From Azolla caroliniana (lineage: Eukaryota; Plantae; Polypodiophyta): a DNA stretch of 64,000 bases. Shown here one piece after another: positions 38,280 to 49,800 of this stretch; the stretch's first letter is position 1, and the number at the start of each line of letters is the position of its first letter. The notes under the pieces are model-generated. The model ran no database searches, was not told the DNA's origin, and saw only the letters and a list, made by a program, of their open reading frames with translations. Both the position numbers and the translations under genes were made by a program. The stretch lies in assembly GCA_043228905.1 (NCBI GenBank), contig JBHGNT010000022.1, positions 12,276,001 to 12,340,000 on the forward strand. Reading direction: 5' to 3'.

Positions 38280-38451
38280 CACAAAACAAATTTCTATTTC
38301 ACAAAGCAATAATACAACACCCAACCTTACAAAAAGGTTACAAGGTCACTATATATAGTGACCGACTTAGGGCAACTACCCTTTATGCTAATTACATAAA
38401 TGGCCAAAACGGGATAGTGTGAATACGTCCATTATACACATGTATTCGACA
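32985..38451 (-). mobile_element. Young, nearly intact Ty1/Copia element C
   Basis: 294-bp LTRs at 32985-33278 and 38158-38451 with 3 differences seen. TSD TGGGA (32980-32984 / 38452-38456), PBS tggtatcagagc (38144-38155), PPT acgggggag. Confidence 0.98.
33472..37488 (-). pseudogene. Copia C gag-pol polyprotein with one in-frame TAG in RNase H
   Basis: The 1216-aa ORF (CNYCKKPGHIKADC, LLDSGTSFH, HSDVCGP, YVDD, DSDFAG) stops at SWKSKL*. The same frame continues ECTATSTTEAEY...KHIDVRYHF to 33472. Confidence 0.93.
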
Positions 38452-40977
38452 TGGGACCTGGTTGACCCTCCCCGTCACAGTAAACCGATCGGATGCAAGT
38501 GGGTGTACAAGGTAAAGTACAACGCCGACGGTTCAGTTAACCAGTACAAGGCCCGGTTAGTGGCGAAGGGATACGCAAAGACCCACGGAATCGACTATGA
38601 CGAGACCTTCGCTCCAATAGCGAAGATGACGACGGTTTGTGTGGTGTTGGCGGTTGTTGCGGCAAGGGGGTGGCATCTTCACCAAATGGATATGAAGAAT
38701 GCATTTCTTCAAGGAGATCTTGAAGAAGAGGTCTTTATGATACAACCCCCCGATTTCCAGACGGAGATGAACAAGTCGGTGGTATGCCGACTGAAGAAAT
38801 CACTTTATGGCCTGAAGCAAGCCCCCCGAGCTTGGAATGCAAAGATCATGCACCGGTTGCGTAAGATGGGGTTTGCGGCCTCCAAAGTCCGACTCTTCGT
38901 TGTTCATCCGGCAAGGTCTGGACGGTCCGGTTTGCATCTTGTTGTATGTTGATGATCTGGTCATCACCGGACCCAGACTCGATGAGATCACCGAGTCAAG
39001 TCCCAGTTGTCGGATGCGTTTGAGATGAAGGACCTGGGGGACCTTCATTATTTTCTTGGGATCGAGGTGATCCGAACCCCCGACGTCATATTGCTCTCAC
39101 AAAGGCACTATGTGTTGAATATGTTGTACAAGTTCGGCATGACGGAATGTCGATCTATCTCTACTCCCCTGGACCGGAACCAGAAGCTCCATCCCGACTC
39201 CGGACCGGCCAGCGATGAGAAACGGTTCCAACAAATTGTCGGAAGCCTTATATATTTGACCATCACCCGACCCGACATCACTTATCCGGTCAGTGTGATT
39301 AGCCAATTCATGCAGAAGACGACCGTAGAGCATCTTCAGTGCGCGCACCGAATACTGCAGTATGTGAGCGGCACGAAGGACCGGGGACTATTATACCAGC
39401 GACGTATAACTGAAGAGTTGGTCGGTTACACAGATGCCGACTGGGCCGGCAATGCATCAGATCGCCGATCAACCTCCGGTTATATGTTTTCCCTAGGTAG
39501 TGCGGTTGTTGCGTGGAGCAACAAAAAGCAGCCAACAGTTGCTCTGTCGAGCATTGAGGCTGAGTATCGGGGCGCTACCATTGCCACCTATGAAGTCATT
39601 TGGCTTCGGCGACTACTGCAAGACCTATGGATCGAGGTACCGACCCCAATTCTGATCTACCGCGACAACATAAGCAACATGCAGCTCGCCAAGAACCCCG
39701 TATTCTATGCTCGCACAAAGCACATAGAAGTGCACTATCACTTCGTGCGTGAGCGTGTCCTGAGCGGTGAGGTCGAACTTCGGTATGTTCACACGGATCG
39801 GCAAGTTGCCGACATCTTCACCAAACCACTCGAATCGGACAAGTTGCAGCACTTCACCGAAATGCTTGGTGTTCAGCATCTCGACGTGCCACACTTGAGG
39901 GGGAGAACGGGCAAAAACATCGGAATGGGCAAAGGCAAAGAGACTGTTGCATGCGCCGATGAGGGAAGAACCGATAAAGGGAGAGTCAAGAAAAAGAAAG
40001 GAGCCGAGTGGACAAAGGAAGTCGACACATCCGAACAAGTCGGAACAAGCGGCAACAGCGGCAGAGTCAAGAAGGACAGAGCCGACCGGAAGAAGAAGGC
40101 CAAGACCCGGACATGGTTCGATGTGGTGAAGGGCCTAGAACTAGAAGAAGAATCGGGAGCAACCGATTCGGACAAGAGCTGGAACGAATCGGAGACAGTT
40201 GATTCGGTTCAACAGACAGATTCGAAAGAACCGGATCAATTCAAGGTCACGAGGACGAGAAGGTAGCGAAAGTCGACGCCAACACGAAGGAATCGGCGAA
40301 CCGGCACGCGCCGAAGTCACAACAGCGAGGGAACTGAATTAGGCCTGTTGAGCAGACAAGCCGACCGAGGAGGTCAAGGTGCGCAGAACAAGAGGGGTCG
40401 CAGCAAACAAAACCGGACCGAACGAGGAGCACGAGCAAGGCGGAGTGACGCTAGAAGGAGTCGAGCAGAAGTACCGTGTTAATCCTTAGGGCTGGACAAT
40501 AGCCTAACACAGGGTGTCTCCGAAAGACACTTCACCAAAGGGTTGTTACGGTGAGATAACTTAAGACACAACAATTAATCTGACTTAATAGGCTACCTAG
40601 CAATAAGGCATTCACTTAATACACGCGTAAGATATAACAATTAAGACAAAACAGTAATCAATACATGAAGATAAAACCAGACGCTTATATTAATTCTCCG
40701 TTAAAATTATACATTGTAACCGGGCCTTTATATAGGTCACCGGTGCTGCGTACAAAACGGTGCCAACCGGCACCTGTTCGGAATCGGTCCGGATCCGGAT
40801 CGGCATACCGATTCCAGTCCGTCTGTTCACTACATAATTATAATCTAATTTACTTAATTAAATATATTCCGAATAACCATCCTTTTCACATTTTGGTCTC
40901 TACTCCTTTGTCGGCCGGGTAACACATGGCACGCCCGTGGGACAGTACCTTGTACGTCGAATCCCACTATCCGGCCC

Positions 40978-43892
40978 TTAGCCTTCGTCCAAGATGTCCA
41001 TAATACTCTGCTCCAGGGTATCCAATGGTTGTTCGGAACTCTGTGGTTGTTGTTGTTGTTGTTGTGGCTGTTGTTGTTGCTGCTATTGTGGCGGTTGTTG
41101 ATGTTGTGGTTGTTGTTGTTATAGTGGTTGTTGTTGTTGCGGCTCCTCCGACTATTGCTCCTGAGAGGGCGTCTGTTCGGCTCCCGGTACCGACGGTTGT
41201 GGCGGTGATTCCTCCGTTAGCTGCTCCGCCAGATTTGACTCCGGTTGACTCGTCCCGGCCTTGTCTCTGTCCGGTCCTTGCTCCGGTGATGACTCCTCAT
41301 CGCTGAGGTTGACGATTGCCGCCTGCTTTGCTTCTTCTCTCTGTAGCCTGGTCCGCTCATAGCTCTCAAACTGGATCCAGTCGATCATCATCTAGCTGGG
41401 CTACAAGTTGTCGGACCACTGCTGCCTGCTCCTCCGCCAGAGTCCTCCTTCGTTAGCATGTAGCAGTCGTCGCCATCCTTCTGCCGGTTTTCCGCGTCCG
41501 GCCGTAGCAACTGGAGCTCCGTTATGTGCTTTGCCCATTTGTCCCACCATTGCGCGAAGCTTTCGTCAATCAAGCGTTTGGTCTTGTTCCTCCATGCCTG
41601 GACAATGAACTGGATCCGCTCCAATCCCATCTTTGATTTGTCCTCTGCGGCTTGCCATTCGTCCTTCAACTGCTTGATGAGTGCCACCGTATCCACCTCC
41701 TGCTCCCGGTAATGTGATAGTTGGGTTTGATAAGTGTTCTGCAGCCTTTGCAAGATCATCGTTGCTCTTTCCTTCTCTTCATAATGTTGCTTATGCAGCT
41801 CCATCCATTCTTGCGCGGCTTCCTCCAACAGTGTGGTTCTTTCAGCCTATTCCTCCGCCAGCGCCGTCTCAACTCGATTTACCTCTTGTCGGAGCTCTGC
41901 TATCTTCTCCTACTGTTTCTTATGCTCCGTATCTAGGTGCTTGTAGTCCCGGTGAAGGTGCTCAAAATCATCGGTTTTTTGCTTCAGCTTTTGGTTGAGT
42001 TGCCGGCGAGCGCGGTCTTCCCGGTCCTTTTGCTGACAGAGTTCTTCTTTTAGCCTTTCGATCTCTGTTTCCACCATCTGTCGCAGCTTCTCCTTTTCTT
42101 GCAATGCCTTCTCTTTCTCCTCCTTCAGTCGGTCGTAGGCCTGATGTCCTTTCCGCAGATTCTCTTCTGCCCGGCGGAGGTTCTCAGTAGTCTTTCGTTG
42201 CTCTTCTTCTGTCGGTTTCTTCAAGTCCCGCTCTCGGGTGCGTAATGCTTCCTGTGCGGCCAGTTCATCTCTTAATTCAGCAAGCTCTTTTGCTTGCGTT
42301 GCCACTATCTTTGGGACTGGTTCCGTCTCTGGGGTCTTATTGCTATGTACAAGTGTCGATGCTTCTTTATTCTGTACATCTACCAGAGTCACTGGTGTTT
42401 GGAGTTGTGGTCTGGTTAAGGCCATTTTGGCCAATTCTTCTGTGGTCAGATCCAAGTCTTGTTCTAGGCTCCGGGCCGTCTCTAGTTCTCCGGTTGTGAC
42501 GAGCAACCAGTCCATCTGCGCTTTCTCTTCCACCTTTATGTAGTGTACCACTCTGGCAATCTGTTCTCCAATCCACCAGAGCCATTGGCTATCGGTGCCC
42601 TGTTGTTGCGTCTACCCGGAGGGTTGGCTGTTGGTGTCGCTGGCCAGTGGTCGGTTTTGTCCAGTTGCGTCGAGTTGCAACTCTGGCTCTTGTTGGTGAC
42701 CACTTTGCCGTTCTGGTTGCGGTTCCGTCAGCCGCTCTGCCTCTGAATGCTCTTGGCCTGTCGGTGGGGTCGGCAACTATACTTCCAGCGCTTGCATCTC
42801 GAGTCTTGTCGTATCCTGACCCGCCGGTAGAGGTTGGTGTGCAGGGAGCTCTGTAGCCGGTTCTGTCCGAACCGGTTCCGGTTCCATCCTTGGTGCGGGC
42901 TGCTCAGGCCGGGGTACAGGCGTTCCATCCTTCTTTGGGTCCGAACGCTCCCCGGCATGTTCGGAGGTGCTTGCCTTCTAGCGCCGCTGGAGGTGCTCTA
43001 AAGGTTCCTCCTCTGTTTCCTCCTCCTGAGTCCCGATGTTGATTTTTGCTACCAAGGGGTCCGGCGCTTGTTGAACCGGTCGGCTAAGCCTGATTTTGAT
43101 TGGCCGTACCGGTTGCTCCTCTTGCGTTTCCGCCTGCCGCTTCCTATTGGCGCGCTCCTTTGCCGCCTAGTCCGTGTCGGCCGCTTTCCCTTTGGTTGCC
43201 TTAGAAGCTAACAGTTGTTGCCATTTCGAGGCCGTTTTCGGGGTGCCTTCGGTTGTCCTTCCCTGCTTCGTGGTCTTGACGGACTTGATAGGTGGCGCCA
43301 ATAGGGTGAACCATTGCGCCACTGTCGTCCATATCTTCAGATCCTCTTTGCCTCTGACAGAGTCGATGGCCGCACAAAGTCCATCTGCAATCATTACCGC
43401 CCAGTCCACCTTCACGCCTTCATATGTGGCTATGATTAAGCCGGCCTGGTTCTGGGGCATGCAGGGGGGTCGAGGGTATACATGTTCGAATTCATGGAGC
43501 ACACGGGCAATCTCTCGAAAGAGCGGATCTTCGTCGCCATGTGTCCGGTAGGCCTTGCTTGCCAAAGAGTATTCCCCAAAATATTTTTGGAGCTGTTCCG
43601 GGGTAGGGTTGTCAATATTGAAGATTCCCCCTTCCGAAAGGCCAATCAACGCATGGATGGCCTCCTCAGTAATCAGCTCCGTGTCGATTTCTTTGACTAT
43701 CTTCTCCGCCTCCCGGTGCGGTGGCGTCTCCATGATGGTGAGGAAACCCTCTAAGCCGTGTTGCCTTAGCCACTTCTTGGCTGCTTCAGAGAGCGCTTGG
43801 CAGTCCATGGCTTCGTCGAGGTCGGCAAGCGCTGGTGAGGGTTGTGTGTGAGGAGTCTCTGTGTGCATGGGTTCGCGTCTGCTCATCTTCAA
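40978..43892 (-). pseudogene. Disrupted extra ORF of the Athila-like element (globular N-domain, long coiled coil, Gln-rich tail)
   Basis: Collinear sense-strand ORF pieces at 43167-43892, 41910-42551, 41388-41828 and 41152-41391, ending ...SIMDILDEG* at 40978. Confidence 0.7.
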
Positions 43893-44240
43893 TCACCTAT
43901 CTACGTTTCTGCTCCTCTGTTCACGAAATGTGAGGGTTTCTATGTGGCGGGGGTCTTCTTGTTGCATGTTGGCGCCTGTTTTTTTTTTTATTACCCGCGC
44001 GTGTGCACGTTGTCGTGAAGATTTTCGTCCACAAGCGGAAACCCGAGCAACGAGAGCCAAAGAGCGATGTGCAACGTTGCACACGTACATAATGTATTTG
44101 TAATAGTAATGAGGGTAAAGTGCATGGTGCTAGAAATGCCCCCCATAAGATCCCTAAGGTATAAAGGTGATGTGGTCTTGTGCGCACATCCACGAGAGAG
44201 AGAGAGAGAGAGAGAGGTACGCGGTACATAGGTACCTAGT

Positions 44241-44790
44241 TGTTTGTGTGGAGGTGGGAGTTAATGGGCCATCAATCTCACCCTCCCCCAAATCAAGGCA
44301 AATACCCCCTTTGAATGAAAGGGGATATTTTAGTCTCACTTTTGTAAACGGTCTTCCCTCCTTGTGCTATAAAAGGAGAGGGAAGGCACCATTGTGGGGG
44401 TTGCCTATTTTGAGTGTGCGAGGTATACCACATAGGTCGAGCGTTAGGGTTAGGGTTTCTTTATCTTGATCTTCATCTTCGTCGGTTAGGGTTTCGAGTA
44501 GTCGTTTAGTGCGGCCTATGCGGCCACCATTTTGTAATCGTTCACTTCGTTTTAATATATCTTGTTGATCATCTTGTCTCCATCTTCCTCTTGTTCGATC
44601 TAATCTCTTGTTCATTCTTCTTCTTCTCGAGCAAAGCTTCCATTCCATGTCTGATTCCTTCTCCTCTACTCCTTAGTCCAAGACCCCCGTGGTCCCACCC
44701 TTCTCCACGCACTCGCGTAGCAACGCGACAACGTCGTGTACTAAAATAGAATGACGTGCCATGTGGCGGCGGTTTAATACCCTATTAATA
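44241..44790 (+). mobile_element. Non-coding LTR-like/unclassified insertion between pol and the extra ORF
   Basis: Has its own TATA (ctataaaag) on the + strand, opposite to the host, and serial hairpins. Flanked by the two halves of a palindrome; no TSD. Confidence 0.45.
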
Positions 44791-44879
44791 GCCAACTACG
44801 TACCTTTTCAAAGTGCATGTTCACTCCTTGTTTTTGCATGTGTCCGTTCACCCCTTGCCCTTGCATGATTTACTTTGAT

Positions 44880-45000
44880 TTGATTTTATTCGATTTCTTC
44901 TTCTTTTTTCTTTCTTTTTTCTTTCTTTTTTCTTTCTTTTTTCTTTCTTTTTTCTTTCTTTTTTCTTTTTTTTTCTTTTTTTTTTCCTTTTTTTTTTTTA
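44880..45000. repeat. T/C-rich low-complexity tract (A-rich on the element strand) downstream of pol
   Basis: Direct reading. Confidence 0.85.
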
Positions 45001-46198
45001 AATGGTTTTGCTAATTAGCAACCGGTCCCACTGGACCCCTATCCGGATTGTGATCCTTGCCGGTCTCTGGACCGCTTGCCGTCGCTTCCGACTTACCGGT
45101 GTCCGGTTCTGTGTCGCCCTTCACTTGTTCAAATGGGTTTCTTGGCATGGGTCCATTGTATGGTTTGAGTCGGACCATTGACCCATTTACCCAGAACCTC
45201 GCCAGCGAGTGTCTCTAATTGGTAGGAACCGTTGAACTCTCGCGTAATCCAGTATGGTCCGATCCACCGAAACCATAGCTTTCCCGGCATCTTACCTATC
45301 CGGGTCTGGAACACGAGTATCGGCTTACCGATGCCAAACATCTTTTCGTTCCCTTTTCGGTGACGATCCACGAACGCCTTCCTTCGCCGCTGGTCTAGTT
45401 CTAGGTGCATGATGTTGGCTAGCCGGTGTTCTTCCAATTCACACAGCGCGTTTAACAAGACAGCTTCCGATTCCTTCTCATTTAGGCGTTCCCAAATCTG
45501 TATTCGTAAACTCAGTACCTGGAACTCTACCGATATCACTGCTTCCAATCCGAATGTTAGGCGGAACGGTGTTGTGCGGATACTTGTTTTATATGTTGTT
45601 CGGTAGGCCCAGAGTGCATTGTGCAGCTTTGTATCCCAATCCGTCTGGTTCTCGTTGACGATTTTCCGCAAGATATTCTGTAGTGTTTTATTTGTTGACT
45701 CTGCTAATCCGTTGGCTTGCGGATAATAGGGAGTGCTCCGTTTGTGCACCACCGCATAAAATGTTGTCAAACTTTCCACTACTTGCCCTAAGAAGTGCCC
45801 ACCTTGGTCACTTATGAGCTCTATCAGACATCCATATCGGCACCAGATGCATTCATATATGAAAATTTTGCCGCTGATGTCGCGGTGTTGTCGCGTAGCG
45901 CTTTCGCTTCCACCCATTTCGTGCAGTAATCCGTAGCGACGATCACGTACCGGTTGCCGGTTCTCATTGCTGGTGGTTTGAACGGACCGAAAAAATCTAG
46001 CCCCCATTTCTGAAATGGTTCTAACGGTAGCACGGGCTGGTGAGGCATTCTGGCTTGTTCGGTTGGTTGCCCCATTCGTTGACATAGGTCGCATTCTTTA
46101 GCGTACCGGACTACATCTTTCAATGTTGTCGGCCACCATAGTCCACTCTGCCATATTTTCCTTGTCGTAGCTTCTCCGACATAATGTCCTCCGGCCAC

Positions 46199-46659
46199 TG
46201 TAAGTTTATGGACCTTACGGTCGGAACAAGGAGTGCGGAATGGTCGATTATCGGCGGGTAGAGGTAGACGAGGAGGAACACCACGCTCGATTTGAGCGCA
46301 CCCGAATCGAAGACGAGGTAGAAGAAAGGAAAGGGAGCCGGCATGATTAGGAATAACAAAAAGGAAGAGGGATAGGGGTTTAAACACTAAGATTGGAAAC
46401 ATAAACACTAAAACAAAAAACATAACCCAAAAACTAACAAACATAAAATCTAAATCTAGATACATGAACCTAAAAATAAAGTAAAGGGTGGGGTAATTAG
46501 AAAGAAATTAAAAGATAGGCTTAAGGGGAGAGGGATTAACATACTAATTAAAATAGAGAGAGAGAGAGAGAGAGAGAGATTAAAACATAAATAAACCTAA
46601 GATTAAAACTAAAGAGAGAGAGAGAGAGATTAAAACATAAATAAACCTAAGATTAAAAC

Positions 46660-46694
<35 letters not shown>

Positions 46695-46893
46695 AAACAT
46701 AAATAAACCTAAGATTAAAACTAAAGAGAGAGAGAGAGAGAGAGAGAGATTAAAACATAAATAAACCTAAGATTAAAACTAGAGAGAGAGAGAGATTAAA
46801 ACATAAATAAACCTAAGATTAAAACTAAAATACGAGACAAAAAACATAAGTAAAATTTAAAAACAAGGGTTACGGGGAGGGAAGAGGATTACT
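46199..46893 (-). mobile_element. Solo-LTR-like insertion in the Athila integrase, carrying a composite minisatellite
   Basis: Interrupts the integrase zinc-finger region (REG|..VAGGHY). Termini are TGTAA...TTAC(T). Contains five copies of attaaaacataaataaacctaagattaaaact separated by (AG)n. Confidence 0.7.
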
Positions 46894-49800
46894 TCCTTCC
46901 GACATAATGTCCTTCGCGCGATATTACTTCCTTTTTGTCACTGCGCACTGCACGCCGCCATATGCCATCTGCGCCTTTGTGGTATAGTGTGTCCTGCAAT
47001 AGACAGAAGTGCCAGCTTCGAACCGCTAAGCGTTTCCTTTCGTCTCTGTTCATCTCCTCCAAAGGTAAACCGGTGCTTAGAAATTGGTGCATGTTGGTGA
47101 GCCACTTGTCTTCCTCTACGATCGAACTATTCGTTGCCGTTTTTGTTGTAACTCTAAACAGCTCTGCATCCAAAAAGTCGTCTGGGACTCCGTCACCGGT
47201 TTCGCCGGAATCCAGTCGGCTTAAATAGTCCGCCACCGCATGTTGTATGTCGGGTCGGTGGAATATCTCGAACTCGAATTCTTGCAGTAGTAACGTCCAT
47301 CAGGCCAGCTTACCGATGAGTGATGCTTTGGACACCAAATAGAGGAGCGCCGAATGATCTACGTGAAAGGAAAATTTCCTTCCCAACAGATAGTGTCTAA
47401 ACTTGGTGACATTGTAGATCATACCCAAAGCCTCCCTTTCCGTCGTGGAATAATTACGTTCCACTTGGGACAACTTCCGACTGGCATAATAGACTAGCCA
47501 GTACCATTTTTTGGTTTTGTCAGTTGCATCAGTGCACTCCCGATTGCGATGTCGGACGCGTCAACGAACACATGGAACTCTTTGGACCAATCCGGAGGTT
47601 GCACCACCGGTGCTTGTGACAGCAACACTTTTAGTGCCCGGTAAGCCTGGTCTTCTGTGTCCGTCCATCAGAACAGTGTCTGATGAACCGCGGCATGCAG
47701 TGGTGTAGCCAGGTCAGCCAGATACCGGAGCATTCGGCTATGCCACCGAATTTGTCCTAAGAACCGGCTTAATGCCTTTGTCGTGGCTAGTGCCGATGCC
47801 TCCAGGATTGCTTTTACTTTGTCTGGATCCACTACGATATCGTCCTTGATTACTATATGGCCTAGTAACGCTCCGCTAGTTACTCCGAACACGCATTTTT
47901 CCGGGTTCAGGCTTAGTCGGTAAACCCTACATTTTTCTAGGCATAGTCGAAGGTGTTGAAGGTGATCCCTTTCCTAGCTATAAACAGCGAAGTCATCCAA
48001 GAACACCTGCATGAATGTTGGAATGAATTCCCCGAAAATTTCCATGATGATCCGTTGGAAGGTTGGCAGTGTTGTTTTCAGTCTGAACATCATCACTACG
48101 GCAACAAAGACTCCCCATTCGGTGACAAAAGCAGTTTTCTCCTAGTCAGCGGGGTACATCCGGATCTGATTATAACCGCTGAAACCTTCCAGAAAACTAT
48201 ACACCTTATGACCGGCGACTGCATCCAGGACTCCATCCGTGAATGGAAGTGGAAAAGCGTTTGTTACCATAGCCGCATTCAATTTCCGGTAGTCAACACA
48301 CACTCTGATCTAACCGTTCTTTTTCGGTACTATGACTATCGGGCTGAGCCATGTGGCTTTCTTTACCGGTCGGATGAAGCCCACTCTTAGCAACTTCTCG
48401 ATTTCTTCTTTGACTTTTTCTGCATAATTCGGGTTCATCCGGTAACGCCGTTGTGCTACCGGTTTGGCGTCTTTACTCAGATGTATCTGGTGTTGATATA
48501 ACTGAGGATCGAGTCCCGGCATGTCCTCGTAGGACCAGGCGAACACATCGCGAAATTCTTTTAGGAGTGTGATCATTGTTGTTTTGTTCTCCGAAGTCAT
48601 TTCCTTGGCGATGTGCACCGGTCTTGTGTCCTTTGTGGTACCTAGGTTTACCTCTTCTAGTTGGGATGCTTTCACGCGCTGTGATACTGCCATTTCTTTC
48701 TCCAATGCCTCTTGTGCTTGCCATAATTCCCGGATTGCTTCTTTATCCGGTTCCTCGTCGATCTCATCCGGTTGCAGTATGTATGGTGACACTGTTTCGG
48801 CTACATCAATCTCGAACAAAGGTACGATCTTCGGATTTTCCTGTAAGTATTGATCGACCTCTTCGTCCGCCAATCCTTCCAGCATGTTGACACATTCCGC
48901 ATATAGCGGCGTTGATTCCTTGCCGGTACCAGATCGTGGTTGAGTCGGTACTCGTACTTTCTCTTTTCCACGCCAGAACGTAATTATATTCCTCCTCCAC
49001 TTTTGCTTTATGTGTGTTGTTTTTATCCAAGGGCGTCCCAAAAGTAGTGGGTACGCTCCCTGAGCCTGTAGCTGGAAAACTATTGCAGAAATGCGAATTA
49101 TGTCACCCCCAATGGTCACTTCCAGATCGCGTATTAATCCGGTCGGCCGTAGTGAGCTAGTGTCCGCCATCCGAAGCCAAAACGGACACGGTTCCCAGTC
49201 CTGGATTCCTAGCGTGTTACACGTTCGAAGGTTGATCACGTTCACGCCGGATCCTCCATCGATAACCGTGTCGGGTAGCTCCTTTCCCTTCACGATGGCT
49301 GTGATTGCAGGACTGCTTGTGTCCACCACTGCCGGTCCTTCCTCCGGATTTGGAAAGAATGCCGGAGCCGGTGGTGTGTCAGTTGTCGTCCTTCCAGTCT
49401 TCAATCCTTCCGTGAACCGTGGTACCAGTTGCAATACCCGGCCTAACGGCAGCGTGATTTGGCATTCTTGTAACGCCTGCCATGTTGGGTTTTTGGGTTG
49501 CCCCGGGCCAGCGAGCTCTTCGGCATTCTCCTTTTGTTGTTCGAGCTCTGCCGCATTCCGCTCATTTGCCTTCTTCACCCATTTGGTTGCCTACTTCCGG
49601 ATGGCTTCTTGAGTTCCCACTCCGTGGCTTTGCCTTTTGATCTTGTAGTGACTTGTTGTATGTCCGTGACTCCCGCGTCTACCATTTTCACCGTTGGTCG
49701 CTTGTCGTAGCTCTTCGCCGAACATTGATTACTATAGTGGCCCTCTGGCCGGCAATAATAGTAGTACGGCTTCCGGGCGCTGTTGGATTCGGCGTGTGTG

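Larger units (their letters stand above)
29608..40476 (+). mobile_element. Ty1/Copia element B (5' LTR 29608-30031; 3' end lost), host of Copia C and the Athila-like element
   Basis: TG..CA LTR and PBS tggtattagagc (30032-30043). Motifs: gag CWYCGKQGHRESEC, PR WYVDSGASNH, INT LIHSDVWGP, RT NTWD|LV split by Copia C, YVDD, RH DADWAG...NPVFYARTKHIEV. Stops and frameshifts present. Confidence 0.92.

Noticed and set aside
41025-41306. Poly-Val hydrophobic ORF on + strand (possible membrane peptide)
   Set aside because: It is the antisense shadow of the CAA-rich poly-Gln tail of the Athila extra ORF.
46555-46830. CRISPR-like array (32-bp repeats with spacers)
   Set aside because: Spacers are only (AG)n microsatellite, there are no cas genes, and the context is a eukaryotic TE.
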